Shown piece by piece: positions 30,309 to 41,547 of a stretch of DNA of 64,000 nt. The notes beneath the pieces were generated by a model that searched no databases, was not told the origin of the DNA, and saw only the letters and a list, made by a program, of their open reading frames with translations. Location: assembly GCA_017455145.1 (NCBI GenBank), contig JAFTBP010000007.1, positions 19,505 through 83,504 of the forward strand. Direction: 5' to 3'. Each line of letters starts with the position of its first letter. The first letter of the stretch is position 1. The DNA comes from Candidatus Saccharimonadota bacterium (GTDB lineage: Bacteria; Patescibacteriota; Saccharimonadia; Saccharimonadales; Saccharimonadaceae). A program made the position numbers and the translations under genes.

Positions 30309-31247
30309 CTATTTCTTTTCAACACATTTGCAGCCAGCACCACATTGGCACTCGCCAGAAAGTTTAGTAGCAACGTCGGAAATAGCAAATCCGATTACGC
30401 CACCAATTACTGGGAATACTACATAAGTTGCAAGTGCGAGGCAGATATCGCCAAGTACCGCGCCAAAGTTTTCTCCGCCAGTTGGCAAAACTTGATACAT
30501 AAATGCAACTGCTGGGTTTACGATGAAGTTGTTCTGAAGTCCTAGGAAACTAGAAGAGACAACAATCGCAAATAGAAGTGCTACACAGATACCAGTGCCA
30601 TAAATCATAGCAAAGGTAAGAGTGCTGCGCTTGTAGGCGTGTGCTCTTGCAAAGAAGAATGCAAGAATGGTAGCTGCTACAAACTCAATCATAGTTACTA
30701 CCCAGAATTGCTCGCCTTCAATAGCGGTCATAGTTGGAAGCTCTGCAGATGCTCCACCATCAGCAGCATTTAGGAATGCGCTAGTGATGAGATATGCGAA
30801 CCAAGCACCAAGAATCTGAGAAAGGATGTAAACAACACCGCGAATCACAGACATACGGCGGCTAGCCATCATACCAACCGTTACGATTGGGTTGAGGTTC
30901 GCGCCAGAGAATGCTAGTACGGATGCAGTAATTGCAACCACACCAAACATCACATATAGTGGCTGGTATACGCCTAGGGTGAGCAAAATAATAGTAAGTA
31001 GCATTGTGCCTACTACCTCACCGAGTATTGCACCATAGATGCGTGGGCTCTTAAAGATTGTTAAAATGTTTTCGTTGGCATCATACTTACGAGCAAAAAA
31101 ACCTTTGAAAGGATTCTTGCCGGTCGTCTGAGTCGCAACTGGAGCTTCTGCAGTCTTTACAACCTTTGTAGTTTTGGTTGCGGTGGACTTAGAAGCTGGC
31201 TTTGAAGACTTCTTGGCAGTCGTCTTCTTGGATTTTGTTGTAGCCAT
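30309..31247 (-). CDS. MIP/aquaporin family channel
   Basis: GEVVGT, SGANLNPIVT, QILGA, IEFVAAT, NPAVA; about six TM helices. Confidence 0.85.
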   Translation of the reverse strand: MATTKSKKTTAKKSSKPASKSTATKTTKVVKTAEAPVATQTTGKNPFKGFFARKYDANENILTIFKSPRIYGAILGEVVGTMLLTIILLTLGVYQPLYVMFGVVAITASVLAFSGANLNPIVTVGMMASRRMSVIRGVVYILSQILGAWFAYLITSAFLNAADGGASAELPTMTAIEGEQFWVVTMIEFVAATILAFFFARAHAYKRSTLTFAMIYGTGICVALLFAIVVSSSFLGLQNNFIVNPAVAFMYQVLPTGGENFGAVLGDICLALATYVVFPVIGGVIGFAISDVATKLSGECQCGAGCKCVEKK

Positions 31248-31342
31248 TATTCCTCCTTAGTTGGTATATAAACCGATTATAACACACTTTATTCTATCTA
31301 GAAAAATTCTGGCAATTAAAATGGATATGTTATAATGAACCA

Positions 31343-31570
31343 ATGGGAATTATAGTATCAAAGAATAATGAAAAAAACTCAAGATTAAATCAGCGCATTA
31401 CGGCTGATTTGCGTGAACGCGCACAGAAAACCACCCTCGGAGAAGACCCAGACCTAGTAGAAGATTCCGATTATGCCAAAGATTTGAAAAAAACCGGCAA
31501 ATACACATGGATTTGGATTGTTCTCATCATCCTGGCGCTCATCGCCTTAGCAATTATCGTTCTAATCTGA
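31343..31570 (+). CDS. Small C-terminally anchored membrane protein
   Basis: 75 aa, C-terminal TM, TGtTATAAT 6 nt upstream. Confidence 0.7.
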   Translation: MGIIVSKNNEKNSRLNQRITADLRERAQKTTLGEDPDLVEDSDYAKDLKKTGKYTWIWIVLIILALIALAIIVLI

Positions 31571-31591
31571 TAATTATGATATAATTATCTT

Positions 31592-32539
31592 ATGTTGAGT
31601 GTAGAAGAAATTAAGGCAGAGCTTAAGGCTCTCAATGCCGAGTATGCCAAAATCAAAGATATTCCCGCCGAAGATAGAAAAGCATTCGGTCAGGAACTAA
31701 ACAAAAAACGCGAGGCGCTTCAAGCAAAGCTACAAAAAGCTTTGGATGACGCCGAAAGCGAAAACATTGAGCCAATTGATATTACAGCGCCGTCTGCGCC
31801 TAATCAAAACATTCCAGAAATCCCACGCGGTAGTCGCCATCCTTTAATGACAGAACTTGATCGCGTCGTAGATATCTATTCGCGTATGGGTTTTGATGTG
31901 ATGGAGGCTCAGCAACTAGATGATGAATTTCATATGTTTGAATCGCTCAACTTCCCAGAAGGACACCCTGCTAGAGACGGTTATGACACGTTTAGAACTA
32001 GCGAAGGTTTTATTCCTCCTGCTCATACTTCTACTATGCAACATCGCGCACTCAAAAAATACAAAAAGAACCTTGAAAACGGCGGTAAAATTGCCGTTGT
32101 TATTCCAGGTCGTGTCTTTAGAAACGAAGACGTTGACGCTACACACGAACATACTTTTTACCAATGCGAAGGCATCTTTGTAAGCAAAGGTACTACTATG
32201 GGCCAAATGATGGGCCTTCTCAAAAATTTCTTTGAAACTTATTACGGACAAAACTTAAACATCAAAACTCAGCCAGGCTACTTCCCATTTACAGAGCCTT
32301 CCGTTGAGCTTCTAATTGAAAAGCCAAAATCTCTTGGTGGTAAAGGCGACGGTTGGCTAGAAATGCTAGGTTGCGGAATGATTCATCCAAACGTTCTCAA
32401 AATGGCTGGCATTGATCCTAACACCTACAAAGGTTTTGCTTGGGGCGGAGGCATTGATCGTCTCGTAATGCTAAAATATGGTCTTACTGACGTCCGCAAT
32501 TTTGAATCTGGCAAACTTGAATTCTTAAAGGAGTTTTAA
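31592..32539 (+). CDS. pheS: Phenylalanine--tRNA ligase alpha subunit
   Basis: HPARD, GRVFRNE..DATH, YFPFTEP, GCGMIHP. Confidence 0.96.
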   Translation: MLSVEEIKAELKALNAEYAKIKDIPAEDRKAFGQELNKKREALQAKLQKALDDAESENIEPIDITAPSAPNQNIPEIPRGSRHPLMTELDRVVDIYSRMGFDVMEAQQLDDEFHMFESLNFPEGHPARDGYDTFRTSEGFIPPAHTSTMQHRALKKYKKNLENGGKIAVVIPGRVFRNEDVDATHEHTFYQCEGIFVSKGTTMGQMMGLLKNFFETYYGQNLNIKTQPGYFPFTEPSVELLIEKPKSLGGKGDGWLEMLGCGMIHPNVLKMAGIDPNTYKGFAWGGGIDRLVMLKYGLTDVRNFESGKLEFLKEF

Positions 32540-32540
32540 T

Positions 32541-35009
32541 ATGCGCGTAAGTCTAAACGAAATTAAAAAATTAGTTCCCGAAGCAGAAAAAGTCAGCACC
32601 GACGAACTCGTCAAATTGATTGGTTCTCGCCTTGTTGAGGTTGAAGAAAAAATTGACCTCGCTCCAAAATACCAGGGAATCAAAATTGTTAAAGTCGTAG
32701 AATGCGAGGCTATTCCCGAGACTCATCTCCACGTTTGCAAAATTGATGCTGGAGAAAAAGATTTGATTCAAGTTGTTTGTGGTGCCCCAAACGTGCGCAA
32801 AGATATGCTAGCCGTTTGGATTGCTCCAGGCTGTATCGTTCCAGAAACTTATGGTGGAGAGAATTTTAAACTTAGCGTTCGCCCACTTCGCGGTTTTGAA
32901 AGCCACGGTATGTTATCTGCGCTTGACGAACTGGACCTTGGCGAAGACCACGCCGGCATTATAGAAATTGACCCTGATTTTGCTAAGCCTGGCGACAGTT
33001 TTGCTGAAAAATTTGATTTGAACGATATTATTTTGGACATAGAAAACAAATCTCTCACTCATCGCCCAGATACTTTTGGTTTGATTGGTTTTGCGCGCGA
33101 AGTCGCTGGCATTTTGGGTGTGAAATTTAACGAGCCAACACTTGATTTTGGTAATCTAAAAATTTCTCAGACGCTTACTGCGGGCGAATTCGGCAAATTT
33201 GTCTCCGATTCTGAGCGTGTCAAAATTGAAGTCAAAGATGAAAAACTTTGTCCACGCTATTCTGTTGCCGTCTTTTCTATTTCTTCTGCCGGACTTAGTA
33301 CTGCAACGGATTCCGCCAACTACCTAACCGAAGGCGCTATTTTCTTAGCCAAAGCAGGTATGCGCACAATTAACAAAATCGTTGATGCGACTAATATTTC
33401 AATGCTTCTTACCGGCCAGCCTCTTCACGCTTTTGACTACGACAAGTTTAAGGCTGTCGGTGGTGGTGGCGAGCCAAAAATCACTGTTCGCTCCGCCAAA
33501 TCTGGCGAAACTCTAAAATTACTAGATGATAGCGAAATTGAATTAAACGAGACTGATATCGTAATTTGCTCTGGCGACACCCCAGTAGCTCTCGCTGGTG
33601 CTATGGGTGGCGAATCTACGGAGATTGATGCGAATACAAAGAAAATCATTCTAGAATCCGCTACTTTCTCGCTTTATAATTTACGCAAGACTCAAATGGC
33701 TCACGGTATTTTCTCCGAAGCCATTACTAGATTCACCAAAGGTCAGCCGGTCGCCGGCGTTGTTCCGGCTCTTGCTCGTTGTGCCTCTATGCTTCTAGCC
33801 TCCCCGTCTGACATTGTTGACTTTGAAACATCCGGTCAAGATTCCGCTATAGTAGAAATTTCCATCACAAAAGACGAGATTAATTCACTTCTTGGCACCG
33901 ATTACTCCCAAGATTTGATTGAAAAAACACTAAAGAACGTAGGTATTAATTACATTGATAATAAATATAATATCCCTGCTTGGCGTACCGACATCCATAT
34001 CAAAGAGGATCTCATTGAAGAAGTGGGTCGGTTGCTTGGCTACGACAATATTGCACTTGATTTTCCAACCCGCCCGTTCATCGGCGCCAAGAAAAACCCA
34101 CTTATTTCTCTCAAATCTACCATTCGTGATTTGCTTTCAAACCGTTTCGCATCTCACGAGCTTCTAACTTATTCATTCGTGAGCCGTCGTCTTCAAGAAT
34201 CCGTTGGCGAAAACCCAGACGATTCTTACGAAATCGTAAACAGCATTTCTCCAGAGCTCCAGCGTTTCCGCCAGAGCATCATTCCGTCCTTGCTTGAGAA
34301 AGTTTCGTTGAATCTAAAAGCAGGCTTCCGCGATTTCTCCGTCTATGAATTTAACCAAGTTAGCAAAATTTCCTTTGGTCGCGACGAGGACGGCGTCCCT
34401 CACCTCAAAAACCACCTTGCCTTTGTAACGACAGGCGATTATTATTCTGCCAAAGCCGTTTTGCTTGATTTACTTTCCGACCTTGGCATTAAGGGTGTAG
34501 AAGTCAAAAAATACGAAGATGAGTATGCCTACCTTGAACCGCTTCACTCTGCTTCCGTTATTATTAAATCTGCCGACGGTAAATCCGAGCTTACGGTTTC
34601 ACTGGGCGAGATTAAGTCCCCAGTCTTAAAACGCCTCAAGATCTCTGGTCCAGTTTCCGCCTTTGAACTTGACTTGGATCAGCTCTTGTCTATCCAGCCT
34701 TCTACCGCCGTATCTGCCCCAGAAATTAGCCGTTTCCCATCTGTAGAACGCGATTTAACCGTAAAAGTATCGGCAGATTTGCCATACGCAGATTTAATTG
34801 AACCGATTTTAAGCGTATTTAAAGCCAAGAATCTTATCATTAAATTAGACCCAACGTCTATCTACCAGTCCGACAAATCCACCAAAAACATCTCCTTCCA
34901 TTTGCGCTTCGCAAGTAGCGACAAGACTTTGGGAAACTCCGAGATTTCTGATATAATGGAGGAAATATCAAAGAGTGTGGGAAGCAGTCTTAAGGCTGAA
35001 ATCGTATAA
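32541..35009 (+). CDS. pheT: Phenylalanine--tRNA ligase beta subunit
   Basis: VVCGAPNV, GQPLHAFD, AGAMGG, RTDI...DLIEEVGR, FPSVERD. Confidence 0.95.
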   Translation: MRVSLNEIKKLVPEAEKVSTDELVKLIGSRLVEVEEKIDLAPKYQGIKIVKVVECEAIPETHLHVCKIDAGEKDLIQVVCGAPNVRKDMLAVWIAPGCIVPETYGGENFKLSVRPLRGFESHGMLSALDELDLGEDHAGIIEIDPDFAKPGDSFAEKFDLNDIILDIENKSLTHRPDTFGLIGFAREVAGILGVKFNEPTLDFGNLKISQTLTAGEFGKFVSDSERVKIEVKDEKLCPRYSVAVFSISSAGLSTATDSANYLTEGAIFLAKAGMRTINKIVDATNISMLLTGQPLHAFDYDKFKAVGGGGEPKITVRSAKSGETLKLLDDSEIELNETDIVICSGDTPVALAGAMGGESTEIDANTKKIILESATFSLYNLRKTQMAHGIFSEAITRFTKGQPVAGVVPALARCASMLLASPSDIVDFETSGQDSAIVEISITKDEINSLLGTDYSQDLIEKTLKNVGINYIDNKYNIPAWRTDIHIKEDLIEEVGRLLGYDNIALDFPTRPFIGAKKNPLISLKSTIRDLLSNRFASHELLTYSFVSRRLQESVGENPDDSYEIVNSISPELQRFRQSIIPSLLEKVSLNLKAGFRDFSVYEFNQVSKISFGRDEDGVPHLKNHLAFVTTGDYYSAKAVLLDLLSDLGIKGVEVKKYEDEYAYLEPLHSASVIIKSADGKSELTVSLGEIKSPVLKRLKISGPVSAFELDLDQLLSIQPSTAVSAPEISRFPSVERDLTVKVSADLPYADLIEPILSVFKAKNLIIKLDPTSIYQSDKSTKNISFHLRFASSDKTLGNSEISDIMEEISKSVGSSLKAEIV

Positions 35010-35033
35010 TATTTTCTAATTCCAGGAGGTAAT

Positions 35034-35729
35034 ATGGATCAAAAAGCACTAAAAACTACGTGGCAACAACGCGTTATAATTATCGTAATTGCACTTCTTT
35101 TGCTTGGCTCTACTATTGCGACCTATATTGGCATTATTTTATCTAATAATAACGGCAAGAAAAGCACTTCTGATTTGGAAGATCAATACACTGCTAAGCT
35201 TGCCGAGCTAAATGCTTATGGTGCAACCCTTTCTAAACAATATTTTGACACTTTTTCCGGGTTTCGCTCTCGCGTAAAAGCTTACAACGCCGAATCCGCC
35301 AACAGCACAGGCGTCAAAACTACTGACCTAAAGGTCGGTGACGGTCGTGAGCTTGCCACTGGAGATCTAGAATACTATGCCTACTATATTGGTTGGTGTC
35401 CAGACGAATCCGTCTTTGACTCTTCGTTTGATGATTTTGAAAAACCTACCCAACTTAAGACCCCAATCTACGCTGGTCAAGGCCTGATTGAAGGCTGGAA
35501 CACTGGTGTCGTTGGCATGAAAATCGGTGGCGTCCGCGAAATCCAAATGCCAGGCGAACTCGCTTATGGCTCATCCCGCGAGATTTGCGGTACGACTAAC
35601 TCTCCACTCAAATTCGTCGTTATGGCCATTGAAGATGAAAAACTAAACCAGCTTAACGACGAACTAGACAACGTCTATGCCGAACTAGTTGGCAAATATT
35701 ATGATTCTTCTAGCACGACTAGCAACTAG
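35034..35729 (+). CDS. Membrane-anchored FKBP-type peptidyl-prolyl isomerase
   Basis: FDSS, LIEGWNTGVVGMKIGGVREI..P.ELAYG. Confidence 0.9.
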   Translation: MDQKALKTTWQQRVIIIVIALLLLGSTIATYIGIILSNNNGKKSTSDLEDQYTAKLAELNAYGATLSKQYFDTFSGFRSRVKAYNAESANSTGVKTTDLKVGDGRELATGDLEYYAYYIGWCPDESVFDSSFDDFEKPTQLKTPIYAGQGLIEGWNTGVVGMKIGGVREIQMPGELAYGSSREICGTTNSPLKFVVMAIEDEKLNQLNDELDNVYAELVGKYYDSSSTTSN

Positions 35730-35829
35730 GTATTGACTTTTTAGGCAATCTGTGATATAATAGAACAGATGAGGTTGTTATAATACTCATCTGTTACTAA
35801 TAATCTGTTTCATTTACGGGGGTGTAAAA

Positions 35830-36180
35830 ATGAACGTAATTATTGAATCTTTACAGTTAATTAATTGGAAAATGCTGGCTGTTGTTGTCGTACTATATTG
35901 CCCGACTGCCTTTGGCTTGTCGTACAGTATCGCCGAAACTAACGACCCTAGAGCCGTCAAAATCTTCAATAACCTTTTGGCGATTTGCCTTGGCGTTTTG
36001 ATGTTATTTCAGCTCTACTGGGACGACGTTTTCCAAAAAATTACAAATGCGCATTCCGCAAGTTTTGCTTTTATTATTGTCACGGTCTGCACAGGTTGCT
36101 ACTTGATTTTAGAATTTTTCGCTCGTATTGCGTGGAATTATCACGCTAGAAAAATCGACGAACAAGTAGACAACGAGTAA
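35830..36180 (+). CDS. Hypothetical three-TM membrane protein
   Basis: Own TTGACT/TATAAT promoter, GGGGGTG SD, downstream terminator. Confidence 0.6.
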   Translation: MNVIIESLQLINWKMLAVVVVLYCPTAFGLSYSIAETNDPRAVKIFNNLLAICLGVLMLFQLYWDDVFQKITNAHSASFAFIIVTVCTGCYLILEFFARIAWNYHARKIDEQVDNE

Positions 36181-36184
36181 CAGT

Positions 36185-36211
36185 AATCCCCGAGTATTCT
36201 CGGGGATTTTT
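36185..36211 (+). terminator. Rho-independent terminator
   Basis: AATCCCCGAG-TATT-CTCGGGGATT followed by T run. Confidence 0.78.
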
Positions 36212-36237
36212 CATATTCAAGGTGTTATAATATAATT

Positions 36238-37710
36238 ATGAAACAGACTTTTTTCTTTTATGATCTAGAAACTTCTGGCCTCTCCCCGCGCGAAGACCGT
36301 ATTATGCAATTTGCAGGTCAGCGTACGGATATGGACCTAAATCCTATTGGCGAACCTGTAAATATTCTAGTAAAATTAACAAACGATACTCTGCCGAGCC
36401 CCGGCGCCATTATGGTTACTAAAATTACTCCACAACAAACTCAGTTAGATGGCTTAACCGAAGCAGAATTTTGCGACTACATAGACAACGAAATTTTCAC
36501 AAAAGACACTTGTGCGATTGGCTATAACTCTGTCCGGTTTGATGATGAATTTATGCGACATACTTTTTGGCGCAATTTTCACGATCCTTACGCTTGGAGC
36601 TGGAAAGATGGTCGTAGCCGTTGGGATATGCTAGACGTAGTGCGCCTTACCCGCGCCCTCCGTCCAGACGACATCCTCTGGCCTACCCAAGAAGTTGAAA
36701 TCGAAGATAAAGAAACTGGTGAGAAGCAAAATATTATAGCCGAAACTAACCGTCTAGAACTCATTACGAAACTCAACGGCATAGAACATAAACACGCACA
36801 CGATGCTTTGTCAGACGTTGAAGCCTTAATTGACGTTACTCGCCTTATTAAAGAAAAACAGCCAAAACTTTATGATTATCTGTTTACTATGCGCGATAAG
36901 CGTCAAGTCGCAAAACTAGTTAATCTAGAAAACAAACAGCCGTTTGTTTATGCTACTGGTCGCTATTCTGGCTTACATCACAAAACTTCCGTCGCCTTCC
37001 CACTAACTTCTGGTAGAAATGGCAACATTATCGTCTTTGATTTGCGCTACAATTTAGATGAACTTTTAAAAGACGCTAAAGAAGATGCTACATTTTTCCC
37101 AATGGTAAAAGAATTGAGTCTAAATAAATGTCCAGCAGTCTCGCCAATTAGTGTTTTGGATGCTAAAACAAAAGAAACCTTTACGGATGGCAGGGAACCA
37201 CTAGAGCAAACCGGCTGGGAGCGTCTTGAGCTTACTAAAGACCAAATCAAGAAAAATCTAGATAGTTTATTAAGTCATCCTGATTTTGCCGAGCGTATGC
37301 GCACTCAATTTGAAAATCGCCCAGAATTTCCAGAAGCCTTTGATCAGGAATCTAATTTATATGGTGGATTCTTGAGCCGAAATGACGAAAATCTATGTAA
37401 TGCCATTAGGAACGCCGACGAGCACCGATTATCCGATTTCCATCCCGAGTTTACAGACGAGCGTCTCCCGTCGCTACTTTTACACTACAAGGCCAAAAAT
37501 TTCCCAAATTCGCTTTCTGCAGACGAAATTCCGCAGTGGGAAAAATATCGCACCGCTAGGCTTAATCGTCAGCTCCCAAGTTTCGTGAAACAAATGGAAG
37601 AATTCCAAAAACTCCTCGCAGAAGGCATCAACACTACCGCGCGCGGTCAAAAAATTGACCCTTTTATCCTAGAAGAACTTTCCCTTTGGTACCAGAATTT
37701 ACAAGGCTAG
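36238..37710 (+). CDS. sbcB: Exodeoxyribonuclease I
   Basis: FYDLETSG, QFAGQRTD, GYNSVRFDDE, AHDALSDV, NKCP. Confidence 0.93.
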   Translation: MKQTFFFYDLETSGLSPREDRIMQFAGQRTDMDLNPIGEPVNILVKLTNDTLPSPGAIMVTKITPQQTQLDGLTEAEFCDYIDNEIFTKDTCAIGYNSVRFDDEFMRHTFWRNFHDPYAWSWKDGRSRWDMLDVVRLTRALRPDDILWPTQEVEIEDKETGEKQNIIAETNRLELITKLNGIEHKHAHDALSDVEALIDVTRLIKEKQPKLYDYLFTMRDKRQVAKLVNLENKQPFVYATGRYSGLHHKTSVAFPLTSGRNGNIIVFDLRYNLDELLKDAKEDATFFPMVKELSLNKCPAVSPISVLDAKTKETFTDGREPLEQTGWERLELTKDQIKKNLDSLLSHPDFAERMRTQFENRPEFPEAFDQESNLYGGFLSRNDENLCNAIRNADEHRLSDFHPEFTDERLPSLLLHYKAKNFPNSLSADEIPQWEKYRTARLNRQLPSFVKQMEEFQKLLAEGINTTARGQKIDPFILEELSLWYQNLQG

Positions 37711-37753
37711 GGTCTAGATTTTTTCACGAAAATCAGGTATAATATACGCGTTT

Positions 37754-40654
37754 ATGGAAAATGCAATCAAGATTCGCGGAGCGCGTCAACACAACTTAAA
37801 AAACATTGATGTTGATATCCCGCGCGACAAATTAGTTGTGCTAACTGGGCTTTCCGGTTCTGGTAAATCCAGTCTTGCTTTTGATACGATTTATGCCGAA
37901 GGTCAGCGTCGCTATGTTGAATCGTTGTCCTCTTATGCTCGTATGTTTCTTGGCGTAATGGATAAACCAGATGTTGATACTATCACTGGTCTTTCCCCTG
38001 CCATTTCTATTGACCAAAAATCTACTTCTAGAAACCCTCGCTCTACTGTCGCGACCGTGACGGAAGTTTTTGATTATCTTCGCCTTCTCTTTGCGCGCGT
38101 TGGCGTGCCACACTGTCCGATTTGTCATAGCGAAGTTAGCAGGCGTACTAACGAAGATATTGTAAATGAAGTTATGAAACTTCCGCTCGGAAGCAAATTA
38201 ATGCTTCTCGCGCCTATCGTCCAACAGAAAAAAGGCGAATTCCAACATATTCCAGAGCAATATCAATCAAAAGGTTTTTCTCGCGTTCGCGTGGATGGCA
38301 TAGTTTATGCTTTAGATGAATTTCCAGAGCTAGAAAAACAAGAACGTCACGATATTGAAATCGTCGTTGACCGATTTATCTTGAGTCCAGATTTAGAGAG
38401 CCGTATTTCTGGCTCCATTGAGCAAGCCTTGGAACTCGGTCAGGGAATTATCAAACTCCTAAAAATTACCGACAATTCTACTTCTGTTGATAATAAAACT
38501 ATCACAGACGAAAATTCCAATATATACACTTTTTCTCAGCGCTATGCCTGTCCAAATCATCCCGACGAGCTTATCCCAGAATTAGAGCCACGTCTATTTT
38601 CGTTTAATGCTCCACAGGGTGCTTGCCCAACTTGTACTGGCCTTGGCACGCGGATGGAAATTGACCCAGAGTTAGTTTTTAACGAAAATCTTACCATCGC
38701 CGAAGGCGGTATTCGTCCATTCAATCGCGTCAATCAGGACTCTTGGTGGCTCAAGCGCCTAGACGCAGTAGGTAAGGCTAATGGTTTTTCTATTCACGTC
38801 CCAATCCGCGATTTGTCCGAAGAAACAAAACAAAAAATCTTGTATGGTACTGGTGCTAAGAAATACAAAGTCAAAATTGCCGGCACCGGTAAGTTTTCCG
38901 AAGGCGCAGTTTATGAATCTACTTACGAGGGTGTAATCCCAACTTTGGAGCGTCGCCATCGCGAAACAGATTCTGATTTTATTAGAAAAGATATTGAACG
39001 TTTTATGCGCGTGCGCGAATGTCAGACTTGTCACGGTGCTAGACTAAAACCCGTTGTTCTCGCCGTCACGGTTCACGATTTGAATATTGTTGATATGTGT
39101 AATATGGACGTTGATACGACTTTGGAAGTCTTAAACAAAGATCTTGAATTTACTGAAGCCGAGCATCAAATCGCCGATCCAATTCTCAAAGAAATTAGAG
39201 AACGTGTTAAATTTATGCAGGACGTCGGTCTAGGCTACTTGGAGCTTGGGCGGGCCGCCAATACACTTTCCGGTGGCGAGGCCCAGCGCATCCGTCTAGC
39301 CACTCAAATTGGTTCCGGACTTCAGGGCGTTTTGTACGTCCTAGACGAGCCATCCATTGGTCTTCATCAGCGCGACAACGACAAGCTCATCGCTACTTTG
39401 AAACACTTACGCGATCTTAAAAATACCGTACTCGTGGTTGAACACGACGAAGACACAATGCTAAGTTCCGACTATATTGTTGATATTGGTCCAGGTGCAG
39501 GTATCAATGGTGGTAAAGTCGTAGCTTGTGGCACGCCAAAAGAAATTATGGCAAACCCTGACTCGCTGACCGGTCAATATCTTTCTGGCAAGAAAAAAAT
39601 TGACGTCCCGAAACGTCGTCGCAAAGTCAAAACCGCGATGGTGGATGGCAAAAAAGAGCCACAATATCTAACTGTGCTTGGTGCACGCGAGAATAATCTC
39701 AAAAACATCAATGTTAAATTCCCACTTGGCGTGATGACAGTTGTTTCCGGCGTCTCAGGCTCTGGTAAATCTACGCTCGTAAATGACATTCTAGCTAACG
39801 AGCTTTTGGCTCGCCTCCATCGCGCTCAAACTGTGTCCGGCGCACACGACAACATTGAGGGAATTGAGAATCTTGATAAGTGTATTGTTATAGACCAGAG
39901 CCCAATTGGTCGTACTCCACGTTCCAACCCAGCTACCTATACGGGCGTCTTTAATCAAATCCGCGAGTTATTCGCCAAACAGCCAGAAGCGGAAGTGCGT
40001 GGGTACAAAGCTGGACGCTTCTCCTTCAACATTAAAGGTGGTCGTTGCGAGACTTGTCAGGGTGATGGTGTCAACAAAATTGAAATGCATTTTCTTCCAG
40101 ACGTTTATGTCACGTGTCCAGCTTGCCACGGCAAACGCTACAATCGCGAGGCTTTGGAAATTAAATACAAAGGTAAGAGCATTTCAGACGTCCTAGAAAT
40201 GACTATTGACGAAGCGGTAGAATTTTTTGCCAACATCCCATCTATCGCGCCAAAACTTAAAACCATCCAAGAAGTCGGACTCGGCTATATTCGCCTAGGC
40301 CAGCCAGCTACCACTTTTTCTGGTGGCGAGGCTCAGCGCATCAAACTTGCTACCGAGTTATCACGCAGAAGTACCGGCAAAACTCTCTATATTTTGGATG
40401 AGCCAACCACTGGACTTCACACTGCCGACGTAAAAAAGCTCCTTAGTATTTTGAATAAACTTGTTGATGGCGGTAATTCAATGATTATTATTGAACATAA
40501 CCTCCACGTCATTAAATCCGCTGACTGGATTATTGATATGGGCCCAGAAGGTGGTCAACACGGCGGTACTGTTATTGCTGAGGGTACGCCAGAAGATTTG
40601 GCCAAATCTGCCAAGACTCCAACCGGAAAGTATCTAAAACAAATGCTAGAGTAA
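37754..40654 (+). CDS. uvrA: Excinuclease ABC subunit A
   Basis: [18 protein letters not shown], two LSGGEAQR-type signatures, zinc fingers. Confidence 0.97.
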   Translation: MENAIKIRGARQHNLKNIDVDIPRDKLVVLTGLSGSGKSSLAFDTIYAEGQRRYVESLSSYARMFLGVMDKPDVDTITGLSPAISIDQKSTSRNPRSTVATVTEVFDYLRLLFARVGVPHCPICHSEVSRRTNEDIVNEVMKLPLGSKLMLLAPIVQQKKGEFQHIPEQYQSKGFSRVRVDGIVYALDEFPELEKQERHDIEIVVDRFILSPDLESRISGSIEQALELGQGIIKLLKITDNSTSVDNKTITDENSNIYTFSQRYACPNHPDELIPELEPRLFSFNAPQGACPTCTGLGTRMEIDPELVFNENLTIAEGGIRPFNRVNQDSWWLKRLDAVGKANGFSIHVPIRDLSEETKQKILYGTGAKKYKVKIAGTGKFSEGAVYESTYEGVIPTLERRHRETDSDFIRKDIERFMRVRECQTCHGARLKPVVLAVTVHDLNIVDMCNMDVDTTLEVLNKDLEFTEAEHQIADPILKEIRERVKFMQDVGLGYLELGRAANTLSGGEAQRIRLATQIGSGLQGVLYVLDEPSIGLHQRDNDKLIATLKHLRDLKNTVLVVEHDEDTMLSSDYIVDIGPGAGINGGKVVACGTPKEIMANPDSLTGQYLSGKKKIDVPKRRRKVKTAMVDGKKEPQYLTVLGARENNLKNINVKFPLGVMTVVSGVSGSGKSTLVNDILANELLARLHRAQTVSGAHDNIEGIENLDKCIVIDQSPIGRTPRSNPATYTGVFNQIRELFAKQPEAEVRGYKAGRFSFNIKGGRCETCQGDGVNKIEMHFLPDVYVTCPACHGKRYNREALEIKYKGKSISDVLEMTIDEAVEFFANIPSIAPKLKTIQEVGLGYIRLGQPATTFSGGEAQRIKLATELSRRSTGKTLYILDEPTTGLHTADVKKLLSILNKLVDGGNSMIIIEHNLHVIKSADWIIDMGPEGGQHGGTVIAEGTPEDLAKSAKTPTGKYLKQMLE

Positions 40655-40727
40655 TCTGGTCCACCCCTTGCATTTTTTGCGAAAATGCGGTAAAATATAC
40701 AGAAGTTAGGAAATAAAAGGAAATAAT

Positions 40728-41441
40728 ATGTCTGACAATAAATTGTCTCTAGAAAAACGCACTGTGACTGGCAAAAAATTAGCTGGCCTTCGCGCTGATG
40801 GCTTCATTCCATCCGTTATCTACGGAGATGGTAGCGAGCCAATTTTGGCACAATCTGCATACAATGAAACCGAAAAAGCTCTTCGCGGAGCAGGATATCA
40901 CTCTACTATTGATATGGACGTAGCCGGCAAAAAATCTATGGCTATCGTCAAAAATGTTGGTATTGATCCAGTTTCTCGCAAGATTTTAAACGTTGAATTC
41001 CAGACTGTGTCTGCCAACAAAGCTGTTGAAGCTACTACTCCAATCGTTATCATTAACTTTGAAGAGTCCGACGCTTCTAAACTTACCCACTTTGCTCTTA
41101 CCCAGAGTATTGAGGAAATTGATGTTAAGGCTAAGCCTGCTGATCTTCCAAAAGAGCTTACTATTGATGCCACCAATATGAAAGAGCTTGAAGACAAGCT
41201 TACTATTGCTGATATCGTTCTTCCAGCCGGCGTAGAACTTGCCGACAAAGAACTAGACCCAGAACAGGTTGTTGCCAGCCTTTACGACCCAGCCGCTGAA
41301 GCTGCTGCTCGTGAAGCCGAGGCTGCTGCTGCCGCTGAAGAAGCTATGGATGCCGCTGACGTTCCTTCCGAGAATGGTTCCAAACCTGAAGAAGGTGAAG
41401 GCGAATCCACCGAAGACAGCGAAAACAAAGAAAGCAAATAG
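40728..41441 (+). CDS. rplY: 50S ribosomal protein bL25/Ctc
   Basis: LR..G.IPSVIYG, DPVSR.ILNVEF, acidic tail. Confidence 0.9.
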   Translation: MSDNKLSLEKRTVTGKKLAGLRADGFIPSVIYGDGSEPILAQSAYNETEKALRGAGYHSTIDMDVAGKKSMAIVKNVGIDPVSRKILNVEFQTVSANKAVEATTPIVIINFEESDASKLTHFALTQSIEEIDVKAKPADLPKELTIDATNMKELEDKLTIADIVLPAGVELADKELDPEQVVASLYDPAAEAAAREAEAAAAAEEAMDAADVPSENGSKPEEGEGESTEDSENKESK

Positions 41442-41443
41442 TT

Positions 41444-41547
41444 CAGCGTTCCCGTTCTCGGGCGTATGATTATCACCTGCAAAAATAGAATCGTGCCGAT
41501 AGGTAACGATTCTATTTTTGTCTGGCACGCCCGAAATGGGAATGCTG
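41444..41547 (+). repeat. Long nested inverted repeat between convergent genes
   Basis: CAGCGTTCCCGTT/AATGGGAATGCTG, TCGGGCGT/ACGCCCGA and a perfect 15-bp CAAAAATAGAATCGT/ACGATTCTATTTTTG stem. Confidence 0.8.
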
